The notes under the pieces were generated by a model. The model saw only the letters and a list, made by a program, of their open reading frames with translations, ran no database searches and was not told the origin of the DNA. DNA of 54,852 nt from a virus. Position numbers and translations under genes: made by a program. This document shows positions 53,045 to 54,852 of this stretch, piece by piece (within the stretch, counting starts at the first letter, position 1; every line of letters begins with the position of its first letter). The stretch lies in IMG/VR virus record IMGVR_UViG_3300045988_117159; one strand, 5' to 3'.

Positions 53045-53452
53045 TTAATCACCTAATCCATCAAGTTCTTTCAATAATGATGCTAATGTATCATCTTGTT
53101 CCGCTAAAGTTCTAGCTAACTGTAATTTGCTTGATTTTTTAACTTGACTATCAATTTCTTCTAAAAGTTCTTGTTTTCTTTTTTCTTTTGCCTTCTTATT
53201 AAAGTAATCGCTTAAATCAATTACACTAATTACCTCTCTTAATTTGGTTTTCTCTTTTAATTCTAAATCTTTTCTCTGATAGAATTTTGTCAAAACCCCC
53301 ATTCTTGAACCGTATTTAGTATCAACCATTACATATGAGCCCTCAAATACATCTTCAATTAATTCTTTTGAAATTGAAAATTTATAAATTTTTTCACCTA
53401 GCATATCGGCATATTTATAAAATTGGACGCCACAATAATAAATATCATCCAT
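53045..53452 (-). CDS. hypothetical protein (135 aa)
   Basis: ORF between the SSB-like gene and the polymerase. Confidence 0.5.
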   Translation of the reverse strand: MDDIYYCGVQFYKYADMLGEKIYKFSISKELIEDVFEGSYVMVDTKYGSRMGVLTKFYQRKDLELKEKTKLREVISVIDLSDYFNKKAKEKRKQELLEEIDSQVKKSSKLQLARTLAEQDDTLASLLKELDGLGD

Positions 53453-53453
53453 T

Positions 53454-54110
53454 TTAGAAACCTCCTCTTCTACTTCTTCTTGTAGGTTGTGGTTCTTCTC
53501 TTCTTGAGGCTCTTCTTCTAACTCCTGATTCTTCTTGTTGTTGATTATTGTCAGTTTGTGGAAAACTTCCTGTATCTAAATATTCAACCATTTCATCAGT
53601 CGATTTGTCTAGAATAAATGAACCCATAAATTGAGGCTTTTCAACATTTGATAAATCCATTGGTTCTACATCAGGCATTGGATAAATGTCATATGTTGTT
53701 TTTGTATCGCCTTTTGCACCATGTCTTTCAATTTCAAAAACATGATTAATAAGGTCAGGGTATCTATTAAACAATGCTTCCATTCTTTTTAAGAATGTTT
53801 TTCCTCTTTCCCAAATCTTAACTTTCTTTTCATTCAAATCATACAAAGTTAAAATCATTACTGGTTTAACTGATAAACCTGCTTCACAAAATGGACATGC
53901 ATCTAGTGGGTCATCATAGTTACGTTTGCAATCAACATAACGTTCAGTATCACCTACTTTAACTTTGTGACATACATAGGTATCTAATTCATCATAATTA
54001 TTGTACATGAATTGTACTCTTGCTACGTCACCATCATTAGCTAATCTTAACCAATCAGCTCCATTTTGATTTCCATACTTCTCAAATTCTCTTGGATTAA
54101 CTCTTCCCAT
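53454..54110 (-). CDS. gp32-like ssDNA-binding protein (218 aa from MGRVN)
   Basis: H..x..C-x10-C-x2-C (HKVKV..CKRNYDDPLDACPFC) parallels the T4 gp32 zinc site. GGAG lies 11 nt before ATG 54110. Located upstream of the polymerase in the same gene string (a 135-aa ORF lies between). Confidence 0.5.
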   Translation of the reverse strand: MGRVNPREFEKYGNQNGADWLRLANDGDVARVQFMYNNYDELDTYVCHKVKVGDTERYVDCKRNYDDPLDACPFCEAGLSVKPVMILTLYDLNEKKVKIWERGKTFLKRMEALFNRYPDLINHVFEIERHGAKGDTKTTYDIYPMPDVEPMDLSNVEKPQFMGSFILDKSTDEMVEYLDTGSFPQTDNNQQQEESGVRRRASRREEPQPTRRSRRGGF

Positions 54111-54210
54111 AATCTCTTTTCTCCTTTTCATCTTTTTATAAGTTTGTCATTTCTTTTAGTTTGCAAAGGGCTAATAAAGAAATGATCGAAAGTAAAGACC
54201 CTTTATTGTC

Positions 54211-54798
54211 TTAACTTAATTGCCAATTATAACTAACATTACAAGAATCAATATATTTACTAAGTTGATATCGTCTTCCTCTATGAGTATACTTAATAAA
54301 TAAATAGCGATTTGATTCTAATAAGATTAAATCACAATCTTTAATTTCTCTTCGTCTTCTAGATTCAGTTTCTTTTACGATATTCATATATTTTTCATAA
54401 AATTTAGAACCTTTTTTAATTTCAACTTCTCTTGAAAGTTTACGATTTTTACCAAAATAATTATTTAATCTTTTATGGCTCTTTTGTTGAGCTTCTTCAA
54501 ACTCTTTTTTACTAGTTGTGTAAACATCATCACTAATCTTATATACAGTGAAGAAATATTTTTGTGAATTACATAATTCTACAACATAATCAAATACTTT
54601 ACGTTCTCCTTCTCTTCGTTTTAATCCAACTGTTAATGTAATATCTTCATTATCAACACTAACTGCTGTAACTGAAATTCTAAAATCATTTCCATATAAT
54701 GTGTTAGTTAAAACAAAATCTTTATGAAAATCTAATTCCATCATCATTTGTTCAGTTACTATTCTTCTTAATTCTTTTTCTTTGTAAATTGTTCTCAT
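54211..54798 (-). CDS. hypothetical protein (195 aa from MRTIY), first gene behind promoter copy 1
   Basis: ATG 54798 sits exactly where the other cassette copies place their start. The 17 extra codons in the track run through the leader and the -10 box. Confidence 0.6.
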   Translation of the reverse strand: MRTIYKEKELRRIVTEQMMMELDFHKDFVLTNTLYGNDFRISVTAVSVDNEDITLTVGLKRREGERKVFDYVVELCNSQKYFFTVYKISDDVYTTSKKEFEEAQQKSHKRLNNYFGKNRKLSREVEIKKGSKFYEKYMNIVKETESRRRREIKDCDLILLESNRYLFIKYTHRGRRYQLSKYIDSCNVSYNWQLS

Positions 54799-54852
54799 TT
54801 TATGTATCTCTTTCTTACTACATATATAGTATAACATATTGTTATACATATG

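Noticed and set aside
54132-54210. Possible terminator or hairpin between the first early gene and the SSB-like gene (AAAGGG...CCCTTT)
   Set aside because: It has only a 6-7-bp stem, a loop of about 29 nt and no clear T run. That is too weak to call.
54799-54849. 17-codon N-terminal extension of the last ORF (MYNNMLYYICSKKEIHK)
   Set aside because: It is a translation of the conserved leader and -10 region of the promoter cassette. All other copies start at the ATG equivalent to 54798.
1-54852. Genome-wide stop-codon reassignment (TGA or TAG read as sense), suggested by the two in-frame stops
   Set aside because: Long genes such as polA, the tape measure, SNF2 and the portal are intact under the standard code. 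TGA and TAG also serve as genuine stops, for example in ATGA overlaps and in the TAG inside the type II terminators. Only two isolated sites are affected.

Overview
The window looks like a complete phage genome. Positions 1-55 are identical to 54798-54852, which is the signature of a circular or circularly permuted assembly with a unit length of 54797 bp. It is a very AT-rich tailed dsDNA phage with siphovirus-like morphogenesis genes. All roughly 100 credible genes lie on the minus strand. The plus-strand ORFs in the track read as antisense artefacts.

Transcription runs from high to low coordinates, in four blocks:
- 54798->32357, early and middle genes: gp32-like SSB, family A DNA polymerase, an ABC-ATPase + GNAT pair, beta sliding clamp, Cas4-like nuclease, RuvC, RecA, clamp loader (gamma/tau, delta', delta), a MazF-like + XRE-HTH pair, MazG and many tiny ORFs.
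- 32111->12099, late genes: terminase large subunit, a displaced fibre-like module, portal, head morphogenesis protein, scaffold, capsid, connectors, tail tube, chaperones, tape measure, Dit and Tal-position proteins, fibres, holin and endolysin.
- 12038->9307, a terminator-bounded accessory island: a sigma-region-4-like HTH, Q/N-rich and Cys-rich proteins, and a BclA-C/TNF-like protein.
- 9161->99, a second replication block: SNF2 helicase, an iteron-containing initiator, helicase loader, DnaB and primase. It joins block 1 across the circular junction.

I saw no integrase, tRNA, rRNA or CRISPR array. The host is probably a low-GC, possibly spore-forming Firmicute; this is inference only.

The signals most worth a second look:
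- A six-copy terminator/UP/promoter/operator/leader cassette. Its 20-bp spacer element occurs in both orientations.
- A reverse-order MazF-like/XRE module. The repeated early leaders carry UACAU between the SD and the AUG.
- A translationally coupled minimal ABC-ATPase + GNAT pair inside the replisome operon.
- A bacterial-type clamp and clamp-loader set paired with a Pol A enzyme.
- Origin iterons inside the initiator gene, next to a three-arm alternative hairpin.
- Two genes interrupted by single in-frame stops (one TGA, one TAG).

All functional calls come from motif recognition by eye. No database search was run.
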